NCBI GenBank assembly: GCA_021813945.1 | Contig: JAKAJD010000001.1 | Location: forward strand, 270,742-334,741 | DNA: 64,000 bases | Reading direction: 5' to 3' | From: a bacterium | GTDB lineage: Bacteria; Patescibacteriota; Microgenomatia; Curtissbacterales; GWA2-41-24 | Shown: positions 38,017 to 47,581 of the stretch, in pieces | How the letters are laid out: each line of letters opens with the position of its first letter | Position numbering within the stretch: position 1 is the first letter of the stretch | Position numbers and translations under genes: made by a program | The notes under the pieces: model-generated | The model's database searches: none | Seen by the model: the letters and a program-made list of their open reading frames with translations, nothing else | Told to the model about the DNA's origin: nothing

Positions 38017-38451
38017 ATGCCTGTACACAAGTTAGATACTAAAGTCTATTTTGGTCAAAAAGCCTTCATTGTTAAAAATGGCAAGCTTTTGGTCTTGAGA
38101 GATCCAAATTCCGTCATTGGTGGACAATCTGGAATAGACATGCCTGGTGGGAAATTCCGGTGGGGTGGAAATCTTGGGGAGGAGCTCCGGAGGGAAGTAA
38201 AAGAAGAGACTAATCTAGAGATCGAAATAGGAGACCCTATTGTTGTCTATACCTATTTTGGAGACAGGAGAAAAACTGGCACATCTAGCCATACAGTTTT
38301 AGTCGGGTACTTATGCAAATACAAGTCTGGCGAGGTAACTTTATCTGAAGAACACGATAGTTATGAATGGGTGGATAAAAAAACCTACAAGAATTGGGCC
38401 GACAAAACAGAAACTTACAGGGCTGTAGAAAAATTCTTTAAGGGCACTTAG
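38017..38451 (+). CDS. NUDIX hydrolase
   Basis: PGG...G....ELRREVKEETNL. Confidence 0.9.
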   Translation: MPVHKLDTKVYFGQKAFIVKNGKLLVLRDPNSVIGGQSGIDMPGGKFRWGGNLGEELRREVKEETNLEIEIGDPIVVYTYFGDRRKTGTSSHTVLVGYLCKYKSGEVTLSEEHDSYEWVDKKTYKNWADKTETYRAVEKFFKGT

Positions 38452-38515
38452 CTCAGCTGGTTAGAGCGTCTCGTTTACACCGAGAAGGTCGGGGGTTCGA
38501 ATCCCTCAGTGCCCA
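38442..38515 (+). tRNA. tRNA-Val(TAC)
   Basis: Cloverleaf, TCTCG-TTTACAC-CGAGA. Confidence 0.95.
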
Positions 38516-38520
38516 CAATT

Positions 38521-39411
38521 TCAAAAGTCCCAAGGCTTGATATCTACTGAAGGGTTTATTCTTTTCACAATACCAGCAAGCGCATCGCCTGGCCCAATTA
38601 CATAAAATTCTTTCCCACCCCTTTTGATCATTTCACGAACATCGTTCACCCAAAGAACGCGTGACGTAACTTGGTTTGCTAAATTATCGCGAATTTCAAT
38701 GGCACGCCCGACATACTTTGCAGTAACGTTTGTAACAAGAGGAATCTTAGGATCTTTAACTTCGACCTCCCTCATAAAACGAGCGATTTTGTCACGTACA
38801 GGTTCCATTAAGGAACAATGAGAAGCGACGTCAATCGGCAAAAGCTTAAATTTACCACGGTATTCTGCAATCAAATCGGCTGCTTTTGTCACAAGATCAC
38901 GCTCGCCGGCAATAACGATTTGGGTATCACTGTTAACATTAGCAACTTCAACACCTGTTCTTTCGCAAATTTCCTCAACAATTTCTAGTTTTAGGCCGAG
39001 ACTTGCGGCCATAGCACCAGGCACTACCTCGCCTTGCTCCTCCATCCATGTTCCGCGTTTATGTGCTAGCCGGACTGCATCCTCAAGAGTAAGAGCCTGG
39101 GATATAACAGCTGCCGATATTTCTCCCAGGCTATGACCAGCAACCTGGTTTGGGACAACACCTTCTTCTTCCAAAACATTCGCCCCTGCCACTTGCAGCG
39201 AAACAATTGCAGGCTGGGCAAATCCTGCATGAGCCAATTTGCCATCTGGGTCGTCAAAACACAATTGGGGAATGTCTATTCCTAAGGCTTCACTTGCGCG
39301 CTCAAAAATCTTTCTCGCCACATCTGACTGGGCGTAAATTTCCCTACCCATACCGGCATGCTGATTGCCCTGTCCACTAAACACAAAGGCCGTGGCCAGC
39401 TCTTTTGCCAT
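38521..39411 (-). CDS. fabD: Malonyl-CoA:ACP transacylase
   Basis: FSGQGNQ..GMG, AQPAI, GHSLGE, ANVNS..Q.V, SHCSLM and IGPG motifs. Confidence 0.9.
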   Translation of the reverse strand: MAKELATAFVFSGQGNQHAGMGREIYAQSDVARKIFERASEALGIDIPQLCFDDPDGKLAHAGFAQPAIVSLQVAGANVLEEEGVVPNQVAGHSLGEISAAVISQALTLEDAVRLAHKRGTWMEEQGEVVPGAMAASLGLKLEIVEEICERTGVEVANVNSDTQIVIAGERDLVTKAADLIAEYRGKFKLLPIDVASHCSLMEPVRDKIARFMREVEVKDPKIPLVTNVTAKYVGRAIEIRDNLANQVTSRVLWVNDVREMIKRGGKEFYVIGPGDALAGIVKRINPSVDIKPWDF

Positions 39412-39485
39412 TTATAAAACGTATTCTATACCAACAAGACACTTTTGCAAGTTGAAGCCTCACAAAATATAATTTATTAAAGTTA

Positions 39486-39845
39486 ATGAAAAAAATAAAC
39501 GTTAGCGATTTAACCTGGGAACCGGCAAGCCACGAAGATCCAAAAGATCCGGGCGTCTTAAAAAAGGTTATCGTTGCTCACAGCGACGTTGACCCTAAAT
39601 CAAAACTAATGATGATAAACGTATCCAAAGTGCCTGTAGGCAAAACCCATGTTGCACACTCACATAAAACCATGGAAGAGATATTCTACTTTACAGGCGG
39701 CAAAGGTGAAGTTGAAATAAATGGCGAAAAATCAAAAGTAGAAACAGGGGACAGAGTCATAGCAAAAGCAGGCGAAATTCACCAGATTACAAATACAGGC
39801 CCCAATGAGTTAAAATTCATAGGCATTGGTATTGCGCTAGATTAA
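39486..39845 (+). CDS. Cupin domain protein
   Basis: HSH...EEIFY...G.G...G..H. Confidence 0.85.
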   Translation: MKKINVSDLTWEPASHEDPKDPGVLKKVIVAHSDVDPKSKLMMINVSKVPVGKTHVAHSHKTMEEIFYFTGGKGEVEINGEKSKVETGDRVIAKAGEIHQITNTGPNELKFIGIGIALD

Positions 39846-39864
39846 GCGAAGTCCATTCCGACGC

Positions 39865-39937
39865 GCCGAGGTGGCAGAGGCGGTCAACGCACCCGTCTGA
39901 AAAACGGGCTATGTCGGTTCGATTCCGACCCTCGGCA
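39865..39937 (+). tRNA. tRNA-Phe(GAA)
   Basis: Cloverleaf, CCCGT-CTGAAAA-ACGGG. Confidence 0.95.
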
Positions 39938-39944
39938 CAGACAC

Positions 39945-40520
39945 ATGCAGTATACTTCTTGCTTTGTTGGAATACCGCTTCCAGACAAATTTCAAAACGA
40001 GTTTGAAAAAACCTTAGATAAAGTTAAGAAACTATACCCAAATTGGCAAATTGTATATCCAAAAACGCCGCACGTAACCGTCTATTATCTGGACAAACAA
40101 TCACAAAGCGTCCTACCCCAAATTGCACGCGCTGTCTCGAAAGAAACTCGATTGATTAAAAGTATTTCCCTAAAAGTCCAAGGCTTCGATTTTTTCGCAA
40201 AAGAAGATTCAAGGCAGGGAATAATTTTTTTGAATGTAATTTACCCTACAGCATTTGAAAATTTTAACCACACGCTAACCAATAAATTAAACAATTATCA
40301 CGCAGTAGACAACAACCTGCCATTTCATCCGCATGTAACCATCGCCAGAATTAACGAACCTGGTGGCGATTCAAATTTAAAAAATTCAGTAAAGCTTCTT
40401 AATTCAAAAATCGATCAAATTAATTGGGAATTCGCCATAAACGAAGTTGCAATTTATGGTGTAAATTCAAGAATTCAACCGCAGAGCCAAAAGAGGTTAA
40501 TATCGATAAAATTTGGTTGA
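39945..40520 (+). CDS. 2H phosphoesterase (RNA 2',3'-cyclic phosphodiesterase / 2'-5' RNA ligase-like)
   Basis: Two HxT motifs (PHVTV and PHVTIAR). Confidence 0.85.
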   Translation: MQYTSCFVGIPLPDKFQNEFEKTLDKVKKLYPNWQIVYPKTPHVTVYYLDKQSQSVLPQIARAVSKETRLIKSISLKVQGFDFFAKEDSRQGIIFLNVIYPTAFENFNHTLTNKLNNYHAVDNNLPFHPHVTIARINEPGGDSNLKNSVKLLNSKIDQINWEFAINEVAIYGVNSRIQPQSQKRLISIKFG

Positions 40521-40524
40521 TATT

Positions 40525-41649
40525 TCAAACCACACCAGCCCCTACTGCTTCTGAAATATTTTTGAACCCATCGGTTTTCAGTCTATCCGAAAGCCCTAGG
40601 TTAATTTGCGCAATAAGCTGCGGCCCAACAAAAATCATACCGGTTATAAGTTCTACCAATTGCGCACCTTTTTTAATCTTTATGTAAGCATCCTCGGCAC
40701 TAAAAACACCCCCGCAACCTACAATTACAAACCGGTCTTTGAAATTGCGGTAAGCCAGTTCTATCAGCTCATTAGATCTTTGCCAGGTAGCCTTGCCACT
40801 AAAATTTCCTACTTTGAATTTTTTTGCCTCTTTTTTATCCAAAGCCGGGTCATTCCTATTGGTCTGCAAATTTCCAAATATCACCCCGGCTATTTTGTGC
40901 TTTGAGGCAACATTAAGAAGCGCGAGTGTCAGTTGATTCGATTTAGTAATCGGCATTTTTAAAAAAATTGGCTTTTTCACTTTAACCTTATCAAGAGTTT
41001 CTAAAAGCAAATCGAGTTTTTTAGGTTCATAAAAGGTCACATTCCCAGACAGGTTTGGACAACTGATATTTAGTTCGTAGTAACTATTAGAAACTTTTGC
41101 TGATTCAAAAATTTTAAAAGCGGAAACGACATCTCTTACACTTTCCGCTTGGCCTAAATTTGGATTATTTGTTCTTCCAACACTTATCCCAACAGGAATA
41201 TCAAACATCATCCTTTTAAGTTTAGTTGATATCGCGCGGGCGCCTGTATTCTTAAAACCTTTATTAACCATCAGCGATTTAGACTTCGGTAGCCTTCCTA
41301 ACATTGGCTTAGGATTTCCTTCGTAAGAATTATTGGTAATCGTCCCAACACTATGGAACCCAAACCCCAAAGTTGGCGTGATCTGTGTAAGCCGTGCTTC
41401 ATAATCAAAACCTGCAGAAAGGCCAATAGGGGAATAAAACTTTATCCCCAAAATCTTTTGTGAAATGTTTTTATCTTTATTAGAAAGAACTGCTGCGAAG
41501 ATTTTTTCTAAAAGTCCGACTTTTCCTAAAAATTCACCGACACCAGTTATTGAATTATGAACAACTTCGGCATCTATTCTAAAAGCGATTTGCTTAAAGA
41601 TAAATTTGTATAAAATTTCAAAAAGAAAAAGTATAAATTTTCTTGCCAC
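40525..41649 (-). CDS. pyrD: Dihydroorotate dehydrogenase, quinone-dependent class 2
   Basis: PIGLSAGFD, GNPKP...RL, NISCPN and GCGGVFS motifs. Confidence 0.9.
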   Translation of the reverse strand: MARKFILFLFEILYKFIFKQIAFRIDAEVVHNSITGVGEFLGKVGLLEKIFAAVLSNKDKNISQKILGIKFYSPIGLSAGFDYEARLTQITPTLGFGFHSVGTITNNSYEGNPKPMLGRLPKSKSLMVNKGFKNTGARAISTKLKRMMFDIPVGISVGRTNNPNLGQAESVRDVVSAFKIFESAKVSNSYYELNISCPNLSGNVTFYEPKKLDLLLETLDKVKVKKPIFLKMPITKSNQLTLALLNVASKHKIAGVIFGNLQTNRNDPALDKKEAKKFKVGNFSGKATWQRSNELIELAYRNFKDRFVIVGCGGVFSAEDAYIKIKKGAQLVELITGMIFVGPQLIAQINLGLSDRLKTDGFKNISEAVGAGVV

Positions 41650-41715
41650 AGCAAGATTTTAGCTCGCTACGATAAACAAATCAAAATGTATTGAGTTCGG
41701 CGTTTACGCAAGAAG

Positions 41716-42315
41716 TTAATTAGCGCTAGATTTAGTCGCTGAAATAGAAATTCCAAAAGCATCAGCAGCCTCAACCAAGCTCCTTCTAAGAAGAGCATAT
41801 TCCATTCTAGTCATCTCATCCCTGGGAAGGGAATCAATTTCAAAGCGCCTCGGCCCACGATTGTCGACACGCAAATCGTAGGTCTGGTCAAAATACAAAG
41901 TGAAATTCATACCCAAACCGTCATCAAATGTAAATTTTGGGTAATGCTCCAAGCCTCTTGCCCCTTGCTGCTCATATGCATGTGGCTCGGCACTGACAGA
42001 AATTCTTTGGGGATATCCGTCTTCGCCCGAAATTAACGTTTCGTCCCAAAATATCTCATGATCAGTATTGCAAAAATCAGGGTGTTCGCTTGCATCATGA
42101 CCGTTTACCTTCAGCCATTCACGCATTTTCCTAACAATGTCCATAAGCTCATCTTTTTCACTTTCGAAAACTGTTTCCGGTTCTTCACCAAAAAAAGCAG
42201 ACTGAACCGTTCTTGACCATTCGTCGGGAGTTGTCCTGCGATATTCAGGAAACTGGCCATTGACCGATCGGATTGCAGCAATAGCATCAACCGCTCTATA
42301 AGTTCGCTCAACCAT
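41716..42315 (-). CDS. Hypothetical protein
   Basis: ORF beginning MVER just after a -10-like box. Confidence 0.55.
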   Translation of the reverse strand: MVERTYRAVDAIAAIRSVNGQFPEYRRTTPDEWSRTVQSAFFGEEPETVFESEKDELMDIVRKMREWLKVNGHDASEHPDFCNTDHEIFWDETLISGEDGYPQRISVSAEPHAYEQQGARGLEHYPKFTFDDGLGMNFTLYFDQTYDLRVDNRGPRRFEIDSLPRDEMTRMEYALLRRSLVEAADAFGISISATKSSAN

Positions 42316-42371
42316 TCGGGAAATTATATTACTTCGCTTACACAAAGACAAGCTACCCTAACCAACTTTAC

Positions 42372-43229
42372 CTATCTGGGGGAAAGGCGTGCCACATCCT
42401 TGAGAAATGGGAGGGAAGTCACACTTTCTTCTCCTAAAAGCACCCCGAACACTGCTTCCGGCTGATGAATCCTTATCAAACGATGACCGTGATTTGCGTC
42501 GGGACCCTCTTGTCCGTTTGGATAGTCATTTCTCACTATAATATTCCCGATACTGAAGCCAAAATGGTTAATAAACCCGTTATAAACTCTCTGCAGAGTA
42601 GAGTCATCATTTAGCGTAAGTCTATTTTCCACATTGCTGAGTCTGGCAACCAACGCACCCATTAAAAAGGGTGAAAAGCGGGATCTTGCATTTAGAAATC
42701 TTGCGCTGGGGCGCGGATCGAGCATAAAATCGAATCTTTCTGGATCAACATAAATTCTAAGTTCGTCCTGGCCTTCATGAATTTCTCCCCAAGTACCTAC
42801 TGTTGTTTTAAGTAATTCTCTCTTTTCCGGCCTGTCAGATTCAGTACCAACCATTACATAATGTGTCCTACTCCAATTAACCCGTTCGACTTGAAGTCTT
42901 CCCTGCGCAAGACCCACAAAAAAGGCCTTTTGGTTCAAAGGCAACTCGCCATGTCGAACTTCAGGAAGCGGCCTGGTATAAATATCATGTTCCCTAAATT
43001 TTTTCTCGACAGTTCTCGGGTGCAAGTGGAAAAGTTCTGCAAGCTCGTCAAGTGTATATATCTGGCCGGTTCGAGGATTAGTGCATCGTCTCAAGCGAAC
43101 AAGCAAAGTGTCGGTTGCCTTCCTTTGCTCTTCAGGCGATACCTTGCAAACGCGAGGTGGAGGAAGAGGTGCCTCTTCAACATCCGGTACAACAAGATGT
43201 AAATATGCTCTTTCAGCGACAGCTGTCAC
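42372..43229 (-). CDS. HTH plus degenerate LAGLIDADG-like protein
   Basis: TLDELAELFHLHPRTV HTH; helices KAFFVGLAQGR and PFLMGALVAR at LAGLIDADG positions. Confidence 0.55.
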   Translation of the reverse strand: MTAVAERAYLHLVVPDVEEAPLPPPRVCKVSPEEQRKATDTLLVRLRRCTNPRTGQIYTLDELAELFHLHPRTVEKKFREHDIYTRPLPEVRHGELPLNQKAFFVGLAQGRLQVERVNWSRTHYVMVGTESDRPEKRELLKTTVGTWGEIHEGQDELRIYVDPERFDFMLDPRPSARFLNARSRFSPFLMGALVARLSNVENRLTLNDDSTLQRVYNGFINHFGFSIGNIIVRNDYPNGQEGPDANHGHRLIRIHQPEAVFGVLLGEESVTSLPFLKDVARLSPR

Positions 43230-43266
43230 TATCTAATAATAGTCAGAAATCTAAAAAATTCAAAGG

Positions 43267-43338
43267 AGCGGGTGATGGGGATCGAACCCACGCTCTTCCA
43301 CTTGGCAAGCGGACGTTTTACCACTAAACTACACCCGC
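43267..43338 (-). tRNA. tRNA-Gly(GCC)
   Basis: Reverse-strand cloverleaf, anticodon loop TTGCCAA. Confidence 0.95.
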
Positions 43339-43538
43339 GAAATCAAACAAAATTATATCTCAGGCAAAAACTTTCGACAACTGCAAAAATTTTGATCTGG
43401 ATCGTCCATATGGTAAAATAGCAACTCAATCGCCAAGCACGCTTGGCTTTTTATATGCAAAAAAGAGGAAAAACACTCCGTTTGCCCCCTAATTTGACAC
43501 GAAAGTTCATTCATGCAATAGTAGTTCTAGAAAAGCGC

Positions 43539-44111
43539 ATGTTCAAAAAACTTGCCCTTGGGTTTGCCTGGCTTGCAATTACCCCAGTATTAATTCTCAC
43601 ACTGGGTTTTTACGTAGCCTCCCAAAAATCCCAAACTGCATCATCCCAAAAACTTCAAGCTTCCCTTAATAGTCAAAACTTAGACATAGACAACACTATA
43701 AGCGGCCAGGTCTTAGGTGAAAAAATAACAGATATGAGGCCAATTTTGGTATCAGATTTTCTTAAAGGAACACCTCTTGCACCATATTCTAAATACATGG
43801 TAGAGGTTGCCGACAAATACGATATCGACTACCGCCTTATTCCGGCAATAGCCATGAAAGAATCAGGCGGGGGAGCAGCTGTAAATCAGGCAACCCATAA
43901 TGCATGGGGTTTTGAAAATGGCAGCACAAAATTCGAAAGCTGGGAGGCAGCAATAGATATTGTGGGAAAAACTCTCAAAAACCGCTATATAGCAAAAGGT
44001 TTGACGACCCCGGAACAAATTATGGCCGTTTACGCTCCGCCAGCGCTTGCTACAGGCGGTCAATGGGCAAAAGACATCAATTACTACTTCTCCCAAATGC
44101 AAATCCTCTAA
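43539..44111 (+). CDS. Lysozyme-like/glucosaminidase-like membrane-anchored protein
   Basis: LIPAIAMKESG...NAWG motif. Confidence 0.7.
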   Translation: MFKKLALGFAWLAITPVLILTLGFYVASQKSQTASSQKLQASLNSQNLDIDNTISGQVLGEKITDMRPILVSDFLKGTPLAPYSKYMVEVADKYDIDYRLIPAIAMKESGGGAAVNQATHNAWGFENGSTKFESWEAAIDIVGKTLKNRYIAKGLTTPEQIMAVYAPPALATGGQWAKDINYYFSQMQIL

Positions 44112-44151
44112 AACTGTAGAAGTAGTCCGTTGTCAGTAGTACAATCCGTTT

Positions 44152-45531
44152 ATGGATCTTCGACAATATCTTGCCCTTGCTATAGGAAAATTAGCACAGT
44201 TTATGCTTAAAATCTCAGGTTCGGGTGCAACAGCAGCACCTGGGCTAATTGCCCTAAAAATTGATCCAAATCTGGTAAAAAAACTTTCTTCAAAAATCCC
44301 ACAAGGATCAATAATCATCTCGGGCACAAATGGCAAAACAACAACGGCTCGACTTATCTTCGATATGCTTTCTAAAAATTACGCAATTGTTCACAACAGG
44401 CAAGGTTCAAACCTTATGCGCGGAATTGCATCCGCCCTTATATCAAAAGCAAATCCCACTGGAAATATCAAAGCAGATTTGGCCGTTTGGGAAATAGATG
44501 AAGCTACGCTGCCTCAAGCAATTGATTCGACAAACCCTAAAACAATCGTCCTTCTAAACTTATTCCGGGATCAACTCGACAGGTACGGAGAAGTAGAAAT
44601 TACCCGCAAAAAATGGCAGGAAGCCTTAACAAACCTTCCAAAGGAAACAACACTAATCTTAAACGCAGACGACCCCGGAATCGCCAGTCTTTCAAAAATA
44701 ACCAAGGCTAAAATGGTAACTTTTGGCATAAAAGATCACAAAATATCTCGTGGCAATCAAACAGGCGTTCTAGACATAAAAAGCTGCCCGATTTGCCAGG
44801 GAAAACTAGACTATAAATCTTATACGCTGGGCCATCTTGGCGAATATTTGTGTACCAAATGCGGTTTCAAAAAACCTAATCTTCAACTCTTTGCATCGGA
44901 CATTGATCAAGCTAAAGATTTTTCGACCTCTATGAATTTGGTGCTTGGAGCAAAAAAAATTAAAATTAAGTACAAACTGCCTGGAATCTATAATGCTTAC
45001 AATATCTTGGCCTCAGCAGCTGTCGGCCAAACATACGCACTATCACCAAAAGATATCGCCAAATCAACCGAAAACTTTTCTCCTGTTTTTGGCCGTTTTC
45101 AGTCTGTGCAAATAGGGAACAAATCAGTCTTGATCTTTTTAATAAAAAACCCGACAGGTGCAAACGAGGTTGTCAAAGTCCTTTCTCAGCAAAGCGCCCT
45201 AAACCTGCTTGTTATCCTAAACGATAACTTTGCAGACGGAAGGGATGTTTCCTGGATTTGGGATACAAAGTGGGAAGCACTCTCCCAAAAAACCAAGAAG
45301 CTGACGATATCAGGAACACGTGCCTGGGATATGGCAACACGCTTAAAATACGCAAACTTCAATTTGAGTAAAAATAATGTTTATGAACAAATTGAAACCT
45401 CAATCGAAGCTGCGACAACTGCATTGAGCAACAATGATACTCTAGTAATTCTGCCTACTTACACTGCTTTGATGCCGGTTGAAAAATCACTAAGTAAGTA
45501 CACAAAAATAGTCAAATGGCACAAACAGTAG
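44152..45531 (+). CDS. murT: Lipid II isoglutaminyl synthase, MurT subunit
   Basis: SGTNGKTTT, NLFRDQLDRYGE, Cys4 zinc finger and DGRDVSWIWD. Confidence 0.93.
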   Translation: MDLRQYLALAIGKLAQFMLKISGSGATAAPGLIALKIDPNLVKKLSSKIPQGSIIISGTNGKTTTARLIFDMLSKNYAIVHNRQGSNLMRGIASALISKANPTGNIKADLAVWEIDEATLPQAIDSTNPKTIVLLNLFRDQLDRYGEVEITRKKWQEALTNLPKETTLILNADDPGIASLSKITKAKMVTFGIKDHKISRGNQTGVLDIKSCPICQGKLDYKSYTLGHLGEYLCTKCGFKKPNLQLFASDIDQAKDFSTSMNLVLGAKKIKIKYKLPGIYNAYNILASAAVGQTYALSPKDIAKSTENFSPVFGRFQSVQIGNKSVLIFLIKNPTGANEVVKVLSQQSALNLLVILNDNFADGRDVSWIWDTKWEALSQKTKKLTISGTRAWDMATRLKYANFNLSKNNVYEQIETSIEAATTALSNNDTLVILPTYTALMPVEKSLSKYTKIVKWHKQ

Positions 45532-46337
45532 AAGGTCTAAACTTAAAACTCAAGGGTCAAAAGTTTTCCTTGAATATCTGCCATCTTTATCCGGACCTCA
45601 TGGATACCTATGGCGATAAAGGAAATATATTGGCAATCATTTACCGTTGCCAAAAACGCGGGATTGATGTCAGTCTTGAAGAAGTTTCAGTCAATCAACC
45701 ACTGACAACTAATATCTACGACCTTTTCTTTTTCGGTGGAGGGCAAGACCAAGCCCAATCGATAGTTGGAGAAGATTTACTAAAAAAGTCGGATGTTCTC
45801 AAAAAATATATTGATAGCGGATCGGCGCTTCTATCAATTTGTGGTGGTTACCAGCTCCTGCAGAAATACTTTCAGACAAAAGAGGGGCAAAAAATTCCCG
45901 GAATTGGCCTTTTTGATGCTTATACAATTGGCTCAAACGACCGCATGATCCAAAATTTGTTGATCGAAACAGACGGATCACTTCAAACACAAATTGAAAG
46001 CGCATATCCGTCAAACGATTTGCCATCAACTAGTCTTATCGGTTTCGAAAACCATTCGGGAAAAACTTATTTGGGAAAAAGCCTTAAGCCCTTGGGGTCA
46101 GTTTTGGCAGGCAGCGGGAATAACGGAGAAGACAGTACCGAAGGCGCGATTTACAAGAATGCCTTCGGATGCTATTTGCATGGTTCACTTCTTCCCAAAA
46201 ATCCGCACTTTGCAGACTTTCTGATCGCAAAAGCACTTGAGAAAAACTACGGTCCTGTCAATCTTGAACCGCTTGACGACGAAATCGAATGGCAAGCCCA
46301 CAACAAAGCAGTGGAATTAACTCGCGCTTCAAGCTAG
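45516..46337 (+). CDS. gatD: Lipid II isoglutaminyl synthase, glutaminase subunit
   Basis: YGDKGN, GGGQD, ICGGYQ, GFENHSG and YLHGSLLPKNP. Confidence 0.93.
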   Translation: MAQTVEGLNLKLKGQKFSLNICHLYPDLMDTYGDKGNILAIIYRCQKRGIDVSLEEVSVNQPLTTNIYDLFFFGGGQDQAQSIVGEDLLKKSDVLKKYIDSGSALLSICGGYQLLQKYFQTKEGQKIPGIGLFDAYTIGSNDRMIQNLLIETDGSLQTQIESAYPSNDLPSTSLIGFENHSGKTYLGKSLKPLGSVLAGSGNNGEDSTEGAIYKNAFGCYLHGSLLPKNPHFADFLIAKALEKNYGPVNLEPLDDEIEWQAHNKAVELTRASS

Positions 46338-46394
46338 CATCTAAAAGGTTCACGACTATTTGACTATCCATCATCATATTGATAAGATTTCGGC

Positions 46395-46769
46395 GTGCCG
46401 AACAAACAGGAAACAAGAACATCATTGCCAGATAGGGAAAGATGGTACCGCAGAATGCTTGCAGGCTACATAAATGATGCAGATCTATTAAGGCTTTCAG
46501 GAGAACTTGTTGCAAAAGTTACTAGGAGAAACTCAGGAGCATTTAAATTCGGCGACAACTCGAGTTCAGTCGTGGTTAAACTGGATCCAGAAAGTGACAC
46601 GCCGGGCCAAATTATTCAAGCAGTCGCAGATAGAGGAGAAATCTATCATTTTAAAAAATCAGGCGATGGCATAAAAGCAGTTTTCGCAGATCCAGAAAAA
46701 GATTCACCATTGGAATCATCAGATCGATTGAGTTTGGCAAGAGAACTCTTAAGATATTACCCTCTTTAG
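46395..46769 (+). CDS. Hypothetical protein
   Basis: 124-aa ORF filling the gap before tRNA-Leu. Confidence 0.5.
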   Translation: MPNKQETRTSLPDRERWYRRMLAGYINDADLLRLSGELVAKVTRRNSGAFKFGDNSSSVVVKLDPESDTPGQIIQAVADRGEIYHFKKSGDGIKAVFADPEKDSPLESSDRLSLARELLRYYPL

Positions 46770-46795
46770 TTAAAATCTGCTAAAATTCAACCTGA

Positions 46796-46877
46796 GCCGA
46801 GGTGGCGGAACTGGCAGACGCGCACGCTTTAGGAGCGTGTACCGTAAGGTGTGCAGGTTCGACTCCTGTCCTCGGCA
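46796..46877 (+). tRNA. tRNA-Leu(TAG)
   Basis: Cloverleaf, CACGC-TTTAGGA-GCGTG. Confidence 0.95.
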
Positions 46878-46881
46878 CGAA

Positions 46882-47487
46882 TCATTTTTTGGGTCTGAGC
46901 AACAAATTTCCGACAAAAATAATTGCCAAAGAGATTATCAGTCCAAAACCTGTCGCTCCCACTGAAAAAATCAGCATCTGCCAATAACTTGTTTTTGAAG
47001 GATCAAAAAAATAGTAAGGATACCAGCCTGTTATCGCTCCCCGCGCAAAAACAAACGCAACATAAAAAAGCGGGAAAATAAGCCACTTAAAAATTGCCGT
47101 AAGTTTCAGCTTCTCCTTTAGCGGAAAAAGTATCCAGCCTAACGACATCACAACTGGGGCCAATCTATGATCGACAAAATTGATCCAAAAAACCGGTTTT
47201 ATTTCGGGCCTTCCGGAGAGAGTAAATTGATAGATAACAGCAGAAATTATTATATAAGCCAAAACAGCACCCCGAACTTCGTCAAAAGAAAACCCTAATA
47301 ACCCTTTTCGCCGGTCATAAAATCCGATCCATAAAAAAAGTACTGCAGCAAAAAGTATCGAAAAAACAGTAAAGTAGCTGAAAAAATCGATAAGCCTGTT
47401 GACGTTGATTAGCAAATCGTACAAAAATGCCCAAGCAAAAATTAAGCCAAAAAATAAATAGTAAAAACGAAAAATTGCCTTGGTCAC
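46882..47487 (-). CDS. Pr6Pr/FAR-17a-like membrane protein
   Basis: FSYFT, H...P and WYPY.F.DP motifs. Confidence 0.75.
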   Translation of the reverse strand: MTKAIFRFYYLFFGLIFAWAFLYDLLINVNRLIDFFSYFTVFSILFAAVLFLWIGFYDRRKGLLGFSFDEVRGAVLAYIIISAVIYQFTLSGRPEIKPVFWINFVDHRLAPVVMSLGWILFPLKEKLKLTAIFKWLIFPLFYVAFVFARGAITGWYPYYFFDPSKTSYWQMLIFSVGATGFGLIISLAIIFVGNLLLRPKK

Positions 47488-47581
47488 AATACGATTATCC
47501 CATTAAATCAAGATAAATAAAAATGCTCAAGTCACAAAGTAGATTGAATTTTTAAGGCTAATCTGAATATAATTACACCGA

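Noticed and set aside
37800-38035. Short ORFs on both strands (also 46802-46987 and 53948-54148)
   Set aside because: Artefacts of translating tRNA genes
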